Source: Lingula anatina
Lineage: Eukaryota > Animalia > Brachiopoda
Direction: 5' to 3'
DNA: 64,000 bases
Assembly: GCA_051362555.1 (NCBI GenBank)
Contig: CM120643.1
Span: forward strand, 27,408,848 to 27,472,847
The notes under the pieces are model-generated. The model was not told the DNA's origin and did not search any database. It worked only from the letters and a program-made list of their open reading frames with translations. The first letter of the stretch is position 1. Each line of letters begins with the position of its first letter. Shown here in pieces: positions 11,701-25,400 of the stretch. The position numbers and the translations under genes are program-made.

Positions 11701-14700
11701 TAACTCTCATCCGCTCGAGGCTCTGCACATTTTCTGTATTTCCACATAAGCAATTGTATTGTTTTTTATGTCTTTAAACATTATATAAAATTATTTTATG
11801 CACTGTCATCATTTTTCAAATATTGAGACTTTCATCATGTGACTATAGTCTCTCATGGTCCTGAAACTGTAATCTTATTGAAGGGGTGGATTGAGACCAT
11901 CTTCTGGGTCTTCTTGAAGACAGGTTATTAAGTTTATATTGACTGGTATCTATTTTTTTCTGTTGGAAGACCATCAAAATGGAGGATGGATCAACATAGA
12001 TACTTTGGAATACTGTCAGAAAGTATCTCAGGGTCCGCTCCTGTTATTGACCATGTTACCTGTTGTGCATGATTAAAATTCAGTGTTGACTGACAGTGCT
12101 ATTATAAGCATTATTTATTATTGCATCAAAATTGACAAAATGACCTTTTTTTGCATCTTTATTTTCTGTTTTTTGTCTGTACATTTGACAGCTTTGCTGC
12201 CTTGTTTCTGTTTATTTGTTTGTTTGTTTGTCTGTCTGTCTGTCTGTCTGTCATTAACATAGGTCAAAAAGTTATGGGCCGATTTTGATGAAATTTTCAG
12301 GAACTGTCAGAAGTGGGCCAAGGAAGAGATGATTAGTTTTTGGTGGTGATTTGGATCAATAATCAATCAATAATCAGTAATAATAAAAAATTGCTGCCTT
12401 GGCGCAGGTCTGCGCTCTCGGAGTGCTTTTCTAGTTGTTGACATAAAAATATCAGTCTGAGAAGTTAGCAAAAAGTGCCGGTCATAGTTGAAACTAGTAA
12501 TTTCATCAAACTACGAGGTTAATTGGTCACAGTAGTCAGTGCACTGAGAAATGAAAGAGGTTACGGAACATTGCACAGATACTCAGTATTTCCAGTCAGA
12601 TGTAATGTGTGACACTAACATGGCCTTCAGCAACACATCAGGAAAATTACATATTATTAATTTTTTTTTAGTCACTGGTCACTGTAGATTCATAGCTCCT
12701 GGGACAGTAGGCTAAAAAGTTTTTGTTGCAAAGTAAGAGTATATTTTATATTATTTCAGTCGACAGCTGTGTGTCGTGGGTGAAGGAGAAAGCTCAGCAA
12801 ACCATCAGCGCGGGACTGACCACGGCAACCATATGTGCCTCACAACTCCTGAATATCATCCAGAACACTGACTGTTTGCTGCTTTTAGATACAGTGACTA
12901 GGGTAAGTGATATTTTAGATTCAGTTTGGAAAAACTGTCAATTCCTTGCAAAAACTTTCATAGCATTTTTTTAATCTTTCAGAATTGACACATGTTCTCA
13001 GTTTTAATGTTCAGGCTAGCTTTAAATTTGTAAATGAATTTGCTATTTAGTTTTTAAAAATTGCTCTTTTTAGTCATTCTTATCAAAATGAACTGCTGAC
13101 CTTTACTAAGTTAGGTTACTGTAAGCTTTGTGCCCAGTGACTTAGAATATTTTCAGAAAGCAAGTATTAAGTAAAAGTATTTAGAAAATGCTGCTTACTG
13201 ATTTCTTCCATTTTATATCTATTTCAGGAAGATGTTGAAGTCTTGGTTCAAGTGATGGTGAATTTAATGTCTGAGCAGTGTTTCAACAGAAAAACATTTT
13301 CCAAAGCAATTAATCAAAAGGTATGTTGTGACAAAATTTTTCTGCTAATTTTCAAAAAGTAAAAGCTTTTGTCAACCTCACAAAAAATTTTTATTAGTAA
13401 TTAATCACTATAAAATGGTCAGTCATTTTATTTGGAATTTTGGATGCTCTTACAGTGTACAGAACAGTTCACAGTAACGGTGTAAGAAGTTTTTTTATTT
13501 TTATTTCAATTTGAATTCTCTCTAGGGGAATCTTCCTATAGAAATCATATGGAAATTACATTCTGAGGGAATTATGCCCCTGTCGATGTATATTTCACAG
13601 TGAGTTATATGACATTTATTATTTCTTATTTTACATGTATATTTTATCATTTGTTGTCTTCTTAAAAGTGAAATTGTAAAAAAAAAAATTAAGAGTAAAT
13701 TTAGTATGTGTATTGCTTTTTTTATGGCATATAAATGATAATTAAGTCAGAAAAATTAACATTATTTTTTATTTTCAGCAATGTAAACCAGCCAGAGGAG
13801 ATAGGAAAATTGGCACAACATTTGACGGCCCTATGCTGCCGAGGTGCAACTGATCTGTATCCAGACGTCACTCGAGCAATAATCAAAGGTTAGAGGAAAC
13901 TTTCATAACAAATCTAACAACCTTTAGTTAGTCTTACCTCTAGGAGGAAAACCCTCTGTCTTTTTTTATTTCAAAATAAATCTTCAATGGTCAACATTAG
14001 GTAATATAGTTAGGTATTGAAAATAGTAAATGTTTTGTATAAGGACTAAATGCCTCATGCCTATAGATAGAAAATGACACAGTTAGAGCGCATTCTCAAC
14101 GAATTAAGCCAGGCTTTACAAAGCCGGTGACCTAAAAATGGCGGACGTACATAAAAGAAAAACCGCCTAATCTTTTAATAGTCTCACACGCCTCCCCACA
14201 CGTCGTCCCTGCGGGGTACAGTAATTAAATCTCGGCTCCGTTCGCCATGCGGAAGCTACCTGAGAAATATTAAGTGCGCATGCTCATCAGTTAAACTCGT
14301 GGTGAAGAAAGCATGGCGGCTGAAGGCGATCGAAGGCAAAAAGCTCTTCTGTTCTATTATCTTTGAAAACAGAGACGAAAAAGGAATAATTTGGCCCGTA
14401 GAGCAGCAATGAATCGACTATCTACGGAGATAATATCACCAGAGATATTCACGGAAATATTAATGTTCGGAGCCGAGATTTAATTACTGTACCCCGCAGG
14501 GACGACGTGTGGGGAGGCGTGTGAGAGGCGGAGAGACTATTAAAAGTTTAGGCGGTTTTTCTTTCATGTACGTCCGCCATTTTTAGGTCACCGGCTTTGT
14601 AAAGCCTGGCTTAATTCGTTGAGAATGCGCTCTTAGTGTCTTTAAAGCTATATTCCACCAAAAGTAACCAAGGTTATGAAATAGAGAATATTTTTCTTTT

Positions 14701-15993
14701 TATTGAATAAAACAATAATATGCAAGAGTTCTACAATTGAGTCTGATAGCTGTATGATTTGTTTCAGATCTGTCGAGTTGCCTTGTACAGCAGGCTTACA
14801 GTGACAGAAACACAGAGACAGAGGCGACATCTGGTGTGAAAAAGGTACACTACAGTTAAAAAATGCCAAAATGTGTAGATATAGGCAAAATTCTAATTAT
14901 GTCTGATATTTAAATATTTGATATATGTGAACAAAAAATTGACTGAAATCTAGCTGCATAGTGTGAAGAATTAGGACAAATTAAAAATAAATCAAAACAT
15001 ATTTTTCAGATCTCATTGGCTGTGCTGGATAATGCAATACAAAGTAAGTGGTCAATACAAAGTAAGTAGCATCTAAAACGGGAAAGGTTATGATAGATAT
15101 GTTTTAACCTGCTGATGGACTTTCTGAATTCTTTCCAAGCAAAAGCAGACTTTCAAGCAAAAGATTTTTTAAAATGTTATCATCCCAGTGCCATATCTCT
15201 TCTTCATGCTGTACAAAAACAGTAGAATTTTAGTTAAAACTACATGTATGAGCCAGTCTTGTTTAATTTTTTACACCTGTAGTAGTAATATAATAGTACC
15301 TGTTTTATCCATTTTACGTGTATTTTATAATAGATTTATACAATGGCTGAATAAAGTATTATTTTTTGTCTCAAAGCTCCAAATATATTAGGTCTGCAGG
15401 TGGGTTCCTCAACTTTCTAAACTTCCATACTGAGCTTCATATTGTCAATGTTTCATGTTTCAGAATTATTAGACCTTCGTAAAGACCAAGGCAGAGCTTT
15501 TGTTTGTTTTCTTGAACATTGTAGTAGCACTGAATCTGTAACCATGGTTACTCAACAGAAATTCTCAACACGTGTGTTGTGTGGTGTGTTAGGTCACAAC
15601 CCATCTTTGAAAGGTGAGTGGGGGGGTATTTAGTTATTATTATTTATTTATTTTATTTATCTCTATTAATTAAAAATGAGTTGTTTGTGAAATCCTCTGA
15701 GAAGTTATCATGTGCAGAATGAGATTTGTACCTGACTTGACCTGTTCTTCTATTAAAAGGAAAATAAAAGTAATGTTCAATGTTTAACAGGTGCTCAGTT
15801 GGTCTTCCATATTAATATTTTGTATAGAGTTGTTTTTTAACTAGTTTAAACCTATTTTACAGTGTCTGAAGCCTTGAGGCAGCAGTCCAAGTGGACTTTC
15901 TCTCTGACTTCTGCTGACGAAATCAATACTTACAAAAAGGTACATTTTCTTGCTGTAGTTGGTCCCTTTGTCTTTTCTAGCTCAGTCCTCTTC

Positions 15994-16057
<64 letters not shown>

Positions 16058-19000
16058 AATTTTCATTTCTTGCTGATATTTTGTTTTTCAGTACCTTTAA
16101 CTTGGTTAATATTTGCATGTTTTAGTTATATTGAGAGAAATTTCAATAATTTTTGTAGCTGTTGGTTGTGTTTGACGTTAAAGAAGCAACCAGTCTTCTT
16201 CTGCGTATATTGGCCAATCAGGAGGTAAATTGGCATTCTGTGCTGACCTGTCTCTCAACACTGCTGGTATGTTTCGAGGAGGCTCCCAGATATGTCAAAG
16301 GTACGGAAAATGTGGTACATTTCTTTTTAGCTTCTAACTTCCCACCACTTTTAATGTACTACACTAAAGAAAGTATTTTGGAGAATTCCTGGCAGAAAAT
16401 TAAAAAAAATTATGCAAGAAGTTTTCTGTAGTGAATTAGTTTTGGCCTTGTCTTTTATGATTCATGATGGTAAGAAAGTAAATATTTATAAAATAGACTT
16501 AGGTTTTTTCTTTTTTTATGTACAGACACAGATGCGTTGACTATGCTGCTAAGCATCATGAAATATTGCATCAGAATTTACAGAAACCTATTTTGTGCAT
16601 CATTTTCGGCTTTTTGTGTGTTCATTTGACAGCTTTGCTTTTTTTTTTCTTGAAATACTTATTTTGTCTCTTTAGAATTAATTTACTTTTTTAGGGCTTT
16701 CAGTAAGTTTATGCTGGTACATCAAAGTATTAAATATCTTGTTTTATATTGGCCCTAAATCTTTTTCTCTGCACTCAAATGAGTTACTTTATTGCCACTT
16801 TCAGGCATTGTTGGAGACCTTGTAAACCAAGCCCTAGAGAATTCTGATGTGGATTCCATAGTGACAGCCTTTGTGTTAGTGAGACAAGGATGTCTAGAAG
16901 GCCCACATATTTTTCCCTCTTACAGGGAATGGTTTCAGGTGTGTGCGCATGCTTGTGCATGTGCATATAACTGTCTGTATGTGCATGTGCATGTGTATAC
17001 GTGCATGCGTGTCTGTGTGTGTCGTACACTAGTTTTAATGAAATTAAAATCTAAATTCATGTTATGTTTTGTGTTCCCCATTAACAGCAGTCTATATTAT
17101 GAAAAATGCTTTCCATTTGAATGCAGTAATCTTTGTTTTATGAGTGTTTAATACATTGATATTGTCATTGACTCATCAGGCCCGTAGCCAGCAAATTCAA
17201 AAGGGGGGTTCTTTTTCTGAAAAAGTGGACCTTTTACAATGAAACTTATGTGTACCAAGATAAAATTTTACCCAAAATGGACCTTTTCCTGACAAAAAGG
17301 GCAGTTCTTTCGAACCCCCCGAACCCCCCTGGCTACGGGCCTGCTCATTGATTTTATTAATTAATTTGGATTTTTATGTGAAAACACAGTGACGTTAAGT
17401 TTTACCTTAAAAATATCTTGCTTAAAACAAAGTATCCCTTTTATTATTTGTTAATCTATTTTCGTTTAAGTTCTTCATTTTATTTTTTATATAGGAGACT
17501 TTTGGAGATGCTTCAAGGTCGCCAGCTAACAGCAAGAAGTCATTTGTGTTCCTCGTGAAATTTCTCACTGACATTGTGCCATTTGAAGAGGCTCAGTACC
17601 TAAAGGTAAGATTCCCTGCAAATGCTTGTACACTAGCCTAACTCTCAGGTACAATTACTTGTTCCAAAGAAAGGAATTTTTGGTCAACATAATGCTTTAT
17701 ATTAGCTAAATTATAGTTTAATTCAATAAACAAAGTATTTATCTTTATCTGTCTTCTTTTTTTTTTTCCTTTAGGTCCACATCCTCCATCCTCCGTTTGT
17801 TCCTGGGAAATGTCGGCCATTTTATGCAGACTATGTCACGCTAGCGAAGACCAGACTCTCAGATCTAAAGGTTTGTGATTTGACATGCTGATTTCATAGG
17901 TTCTGTATTTTGCTTTGAAATTTTAATTTTATTTCACCACAGAATGTGTATTTCCAGAAATTAAATTTTATTTTTCCACACTATCATGTTTGATTAATCA
18001 TATTCAATTTGATATTTAAAAAGCATTTTCAGTAATTATTTTTTTTATTTGTTTAAATTATTTTGTGATTTTGTTTCAGGAATCTTTAGAATCTGAAGCT
18101 TTATATTCTGATGCAACTACAAGCAAGGATAAGTTGGAGGTAGGGGAATGATGCTGTTGTGATGGGACATCAGTAGGTTTGATTGCTAAAACTTTTGTGT
18201 TCCATACCTGACTGTGCAGGATTCCTTGTTTTATGATAAGCCTTATTAGAACCTGTGTTTGGAACCAAAAATCTACAGATGAGAATTGCTTCTTTAAGGA
18301 CTGCTTCCTTCACAAACATTGTCCCATACCTGTTTTATGAAATTTGGACTTTTAAATCATGGTGAATATATAGCATCTTTTTTGTTAGAATTCTGTGAAT
18401 ACATTGTAACATTAATACTATTATAGGTTTCTTTTTCTTTTGTGGAAAGAACTTTTTTTTTTTGTATTTCAGCAAAAGCAACAGCTGGAGAGGGATGTTG
18501 GCGTTGCCCTCCGTGCCTTTGAGAAGACAGGGAAAGTGCCATCTAGTGTAATGGAGGCAAGGTGGGATACACCTTCATCTTTTTGTGACATCACAGCAAA
18601 ATGTCTCCCCAAAGTCAAAGCAGAATTACATAAGATGAAATAAGAAAAATATAATGTCCAAGATATTAAAATTGAAGTTTTATAAAATGTTTGGTGGGAC
18701 ATTAAATGGGCATACAAAGTGGTTTTAGTTGGAAATGATATACAAAAACACCACTTTCACAACATCAAACACTCCAAATAAAATGTTTGGAGATTCGTGC
18801 ATTGAGATAATGTCATGGCCACACTGGTTTGATCTGGTAGTTGTGATATGTGTAGTAGTAGTAATAATAAAAAGCATGCGCACAGAGAATGAATTGTGCA
18901 GGCAAGCTGTTTTCGAGGACAGCTGAGCGTAATACTGCTACCAATGCATAAATGGGATAAAAAAAACAAAGTTAAAATTATGTTTTGATGAATTATATAC

Positions 19001-21714
19001 ACATGTAATTGTGATGATTTGTTAAGATAAATCCTTTTAAACGCCATTCTTACATCATCTCCACAACTATGATAGCACTTTACTTTGGTTTGTTTACCCC
19101 TTTAAAGTTATTAAACTTGTTTTCTTAAACACACCTATTTTTTTACAACTTTTTATTTCTACTTAAGCATATTTCGAAAGCCATACTATGTTGGAAGATT
19201 CCTGCCAGCATTACTGACACCAAGACCTGTAAGTGTTTGAACCTTCTGAACCTGTGATGCTCAGTAAAAATGTTCAGTCATCAGAGGTTTCCTTACCTCT
19301 AATTTTAATATAAATAAAAGATTCGTATTTGATGAGAGAATATAAAGTTACTTTTTTTTCACTGTGGGTGATAAGCTAAAACATATCTTGTCAAATCAAA
19401 CCTATGAGGCAGTTAAGCAAAAAAAAAAATTCTTTTACTAAATTTTATGCAGGCAATATGACAGCTACCTAGTGCATTTCGTGCCATGTGGTGTTTTGTT
19501 TTTTCTTTAAAGCAACTTTTTCATAATAATTATTTATTTTAGCTACCAGAGTCAGCAGATACAAAAATGCAGTTTATCAATGCCCTATACAGGTAAGAAT
19601 GACCACTTCTTAAATGATGTTTTTGAGGAAAAATTATGTGACATTCATCCACATTATTGTTCTGTTGAATTCTGAAGGATATTTTATATACCATGGTGAA
19701 AGAAATTAAAAGTAGTCATATGCTTGACAAAATAAGACACAGTTCTTATCTTTGGCTGACTGCTGTATAAATCATGATTTACACTATGTAATTATTGATT
19801 CAAATTATTGGCTGAAAGGAAAAACCTGCAAGATTTAAAGTATTGTATCAGCTTATGAGTTGTCGTCATTCATCATTTGTTAACCTCAGAGCAGAGAAAA
19901 TTCCGCCGACCATGTTCTCGAATTATGAAGAGGCCTGCAAGAGAGAGGCTCAGAAGCTTCTGGAAGGTACTGGTTTGTAGAATGAACACAGTGATGATAA
20001 TGATAACTGCAATAAATGTCATAATCAAGAGTTGAGAATTTTGTCAAGGAAAATGTCAAAAAAATTTGAATAATTTTCAAATATTACACATAGAAGACAC
20101 AGTTGAAGTTGCCATCATTTCTTTCTCTACTGAATCTGTTCCAAAATATTTCATCAAAATTTGTCAGGAAATTTTTAGATATCTTGCCCATCAACAAGAA
20201 AGCACTGATGTTAAATAAACTCTACTTTTTGGAAGATATATTGATATCAGAAAAGTTGTAAGATATGGTTTTATTTGATGACTAATTGTCATACTTATTT
20301 GAAGGTGTATTTTCTGATGAGGACTCCATGGATTCACTTTTGTTGGACCCGCTGGAGCAGTTACAGCACAGTCTAGACCAGTTTGTAGAGAGTGTGAATC
20401 AGGGGAAAACTGGTAAATACTCAACAACTCCTCTAACCAGCATATTGGATGTTTTTATTTACTGTCATGTAAAAGACAGACACTTTTTTTTCAAGCCAGA
20501 AACAAGCAGAAACAGAAAATTCAGGTTCTGAACCTTGAGTACCTATCCATAAGTAGGGCCTTTTCACTTTGGTTCACAGACAAGATTTTAAGTTCAATAA
20601 CCATGAGATGTGTTTAAATGTACAAAGAGGAAGGAAATAATTGAAGAAAGAAAAATCCATAAATTTTTCAGACACATCCTCTCTCCTGTCCGGTATTGCT
20701 GGCAAACTGGACTCCCTGACCACTGGTCTGGAGGGTGTGCCTTCAGACACTGGTGTTGTCAGACTGGACGTTAACTGCCCACAGCTGGACCCTAGGGAAG
20801 TTAAGGTATCATAGGCCCCATTCAGAATAGGGGACAAAGTAGTCCCAGGGTTAAATATGGCGACCCACTACAAAGCTTGCCACCTTTTCTGCAAATAACA
20901 CTGAATAGACATCCCGTGGGGAAGTATTCAAGTAAGTCGGCCATATTTGACCCAAGGACTAGTAAGTCCCCTATTCTGAATAGGGCCATATACTGTAGAT
21001 CAGTGTGGAGAAAGGCATTATGGCTTAAAGATCCCATACCCTCCACAAAAAAAAAGATACAGAAAGGGAAAAAATGATTACAATAAGAAAGAAAGAAAGA
21101 CAAAGCAAGTATGCAGGGTTTTAGGAATTCCTCTCTACATATCTTTAATTAAAATTTTTGATAAATTATTACATTTACTTTCATTCTTACAATTGTTTCA
21201 GAAATTGTTTTCTATAATATAATGACTGATTAATTGCTTTAAGTAAGAGGAATGTATTCGGGGGCGGATTGAGGCTGTCTTCTGGGTCTTTATTTATTTT
21301 TCTGTCGAAAGATGGTCAAAAATGGAGGACGGATCAGGAAAGACAATGTGGAAGACTTTCAGAAAATAGCTCTGGTTCCGCCCCTGGTATTATCTTTATT
21401 ATTATTGTTGTTGTTGTTGTTGTCCAATTCCAGATCTGTGACAAGCTCCTGGAAACATTCTGTCAGGGCGTGGCATTGAGTGCAGCTGGTCACTACACCT
21501 GGTGTACTCCCTTCATTAGCATGCTGAGTGGACAGAGGTCACTTCATACTGCCCTCTTCACCAGAGTGTACTGGCTGCTACACAGACAGGTCAGGGGGTT
21601 GTTAGGGGGATGATTCTCTGTACATTGAGCAAGAACAGGCTCTTTCTCTGAAAGGATGATATTAGGCTTGATTCAAGTACTGTAGTAAAAATGATTTTTG
21701 TTCCATTTTCATTT

Positions 21715-21748
<34 letters not shown>

Positions 21749-21798
21749 AAAAGCCAAAATGTATGGACACTATGATGATTGTAATTTTTTCATTATAT

Positions 21799-21841
<43 letters not shown>

Positions 21842-22389
21842 TTCATTAGCACATTTTAATTCAATTGTTTGTTGTTAATTTATTTTATAGCAAACATTTA
21901 TTGTAATTATTATTATTCTATCTCCTAGAGTCTGACCCTGACAGAGTACCACACGGCAGGTATAGCAGCATTTCTGGTTCACCTTGCCAGCCAGGAACAC
22001 TTGTTTACACAGGTTTCACTAGGGGGCAGTGCAGTCAGTCTGACCACAGCTGGATTAGTGGAGGAGATGATTCAGGGACTGACCTTGATCTCTGGTCGCG
22101 AGATGAACTTTTGTTTAAGGTAATGGGTGCAAGATGTCTTCTGTTGTCCTAGCTGCCATAGAGAGAAATATTTGATGAAAATATATCAGACGAGTCTTTG
22201 AAAACTTTATAATCTTGTTGATGGCTTTACTGAATCAGGAGCAGGAAATCCCAACTTTCTTGTAGATTATTTATTCAGTGCAAGACCCGTCAATTGCCAT
22301 TATGAGCTCCTAAAAGTTTGCTTTTGCTTCTTCAACTGAGAAAGTTAAACATTTTGAACATGGCACATGTAAATCATACATCTCTCATT

Positions 22390-22447
<58 letters not shown>

Positions 22448-25400
22448 TATGTTTGGAGGACATTTTTTTTCTCAATTTTAAGGCTCATAACATATTACCT
22501 GAAGCATGCGTTAGAGAGTCGCACCCAGTTTTATTTGTTCTACATGGATGCCAAGTCAGCTGTAATACCAGCATCTCTCTTAGTCAAGGTATGCAGTTCA
22601 AATTTTAAAAAAATCTTTACGTATATTGAATATCTGATATATCAGGGCTTTTAGGGTGGGTGAAGTTTTTAAAAATATTTTGTTATTCTATGAAAATATT
22701 TATTGAAAATTGTTTTCATGCAGAGAAACAGCAGTGCTTTACTTCTTATTTATGCCATACAAGCTGAGAGTAGGAAAAAAATTTAATTATACTATTAATA
22801 AAGAGAGCAAATAGAGTCTTTTCCACGGTCACGTGTCTTCCGCTAAATTATCCGTGGGAACGCGAGATTTTGCGGGATTTGAAGTTTCAGGGGGAAAGTG
22901 TGGAGTGTACACGACGGACGCCATATCGAGGAGTGCTCATTTCAATCTGAACTTTCAAAGTTTCGTAACATGTTATCACTTGATTTTTTCGAAAACACAT
23001 TCATGGGAGCAGTTGGAATAGAAATTAAGCAGAAGTACCTGATGACTTTTCAATGAAAGAACTAAAAACTTACCTCATCGACAGCAAAGATAGGACATTC
23101 GGTACTTTTGAAGTATACCCCCCCACCCTGTAACTTCCTGAAACCTTCATTTTTCAAACATTTTTTACAGTGTCTTTTGCACCTATGTCAAAGCTGTTGA
23201 AATAAAATGTTTATGTAATTACCTGTGGTCTTTTTATTAGTTTTAATCACATTTAATCCACCCCATTGAAATACAATGTGAAAATTTACAGTGTAACCGC
23301 AGTCAATAACTTGCTGCGTTTTTGTTGGCTAACTCTACCTTATTTTATGTGAACATAGGATTGATACATTGTATACTTGGATTTCCTCTGTGAAATTATT
23401 ATGAGCTACTTGTTCACATAAAATTACCTTAGAGTTAGGCAACGAAAATGCGGCAAGTTATTGACTGCGGGTGTAAATTGAAGATTCTAACTTTGTATTT
23501 CAATGGGCTGGATTAAACGTGATTAACACTAATAAAAAGTCCACAGGTAATTAAAAAAGCATTTTATTTCAACAGCTTTGACATAGATAAACAATAAAAT
23601 GTAAAAAACTGTTTGAAAAGTGAAAGTTACTGAAAGTTACAGGGTGGGGGTATACTACAAAAGTACCGAAGGCCCCTTCTGCCTGAGAAACAGTCCCGCA
23701 CAAAATGGTGCGAACTGCGCATGCTCACGATTTCGTGGAAAAGACTCTATTCAACATGCAATGAGCAATAAGCTTCTTTTTAAAGTATTAAACCATAATT
23801 ATTTATCTCTCTTTTTCTTTAAAATATTCAGTAATTTTTAAAGGTAATACATTCTACATTTTGTTTGTGTTGTAGCTCTCCTTCCTGGTTCCCAGATGCT
23901 ATGCTGCAGCCAGGAGAAGCTGTCGTATGTTTGGAGATGTTCTCCTCTCCACAGAGACATTTGAAGCACTTGTTGTGGGACTGTACAGGTCTGGCAAAGT
24001 GCAGGAACTTCTTGGCTTAACCCAGGTACAGAGAAACGCCTTGATTGTGTGTTATATGTTATAATGGGGGGATATTCATGAAATTTTATGGTCAATAGAT
24101 TTGCTTAGAATTTATTTTTGTAGTCAATTGATTGTTTTTAGGATATTAAGATGATAAAGAAGAAATGGCCATATAAAGCCACTTTATGTAGTGGAAAATA
24201 TTTCAAAGTTTTAAAGAATTAATTTTTTTACTAAAAGTATTTTCCTTAACTTTTTAAAAGTTAAAAGTGTAGTTATATTTTAGGAAGTTTGTTACTCATG
24301 CTTTAATTCATTTGCAACTACTGAGAATTGAATGTTTAAACATAAGTTATATGATATGAAAAAAATTTTTTTTTTTCAAAATTTGCCAGTATAAATTAAG
24401 AGACTGGGTGGGGCTAGAGCTACAGGTTCAACCCTCAGAGGACTGCCTGGATGAATTACAGAGGTATGAGTAGTGATAGAACTCTCTAATATCCCTGCAC
24501 ACTGATTCCTTAGATAAGATAAGATAAGATAAGAGTTTATTTAGCCAATTATAAAAATCGGAAATCATTTTCCTTTTGGAGCAATATACAGAGTAAAATA
24601 ATAAAATAATACAATAAATAAATAAATTAAGAATTTAGTTTTGAGATAAAATTAAAATGCGTCACTGCACTTGGATAAAAGCTGTTTAAAAAGCGTTTAC
24701 TGCCTTTAAAAGTTAAAAGTCTACTGTTGCTTGGTAAAAAAGTAAAAAGAGATGTTGCAGGATGGAAAGAGTCTTTCATGGTGTTGACAATTCTTTTCTC
24801 CATCCTGTCTTTAAAAATATCATCCAGCATGGGGAGATCCTGCCCAATAATCCTGCTTGCAGTTTTTACAATGTTTGTTAATTTCTTCCTTTCCTCCCCA
24901 GCTGTTCCGCTATACCATATTATAATTCCGTACGCTAGAATGCTTTCAATTACACACCTGTAAAAATTGACTAAAATAGGCACGCTATCAGTAAAAGTTC
25001 TCAATGATCTTAAAAAATACAGTCTTTGTCGTGCCTTCTTTACACTCTTTGCGGTGTTATCTTTCCAATTCAATTTACTGTTAAGGTGTATACCTAGTAG
25101 TTTAAATTCCTCTACTCTACTAACTTCAACATTACCAATGGTGAGTGGTACCTTTACATTCTGATTCCTTCTAAAATCCACTATCATTTGATTTCTTTGG
25201 TTTTAGCTACGTTCAAGATAAGATCATTACTCTCGCACCAGCTTAACACCGACTCAACAGATTCTCTATATGTACTCTCATCATTATCAGTAACTAGCCC
25301 CACAAGCGTAGTATCACCCGCAAATTTCATGAGAAAAGTCCCGTCGCTTACACTAGTACAATCATAGGTAAAAAGGGAGTAAAGACAAGGTGAAAGGACG

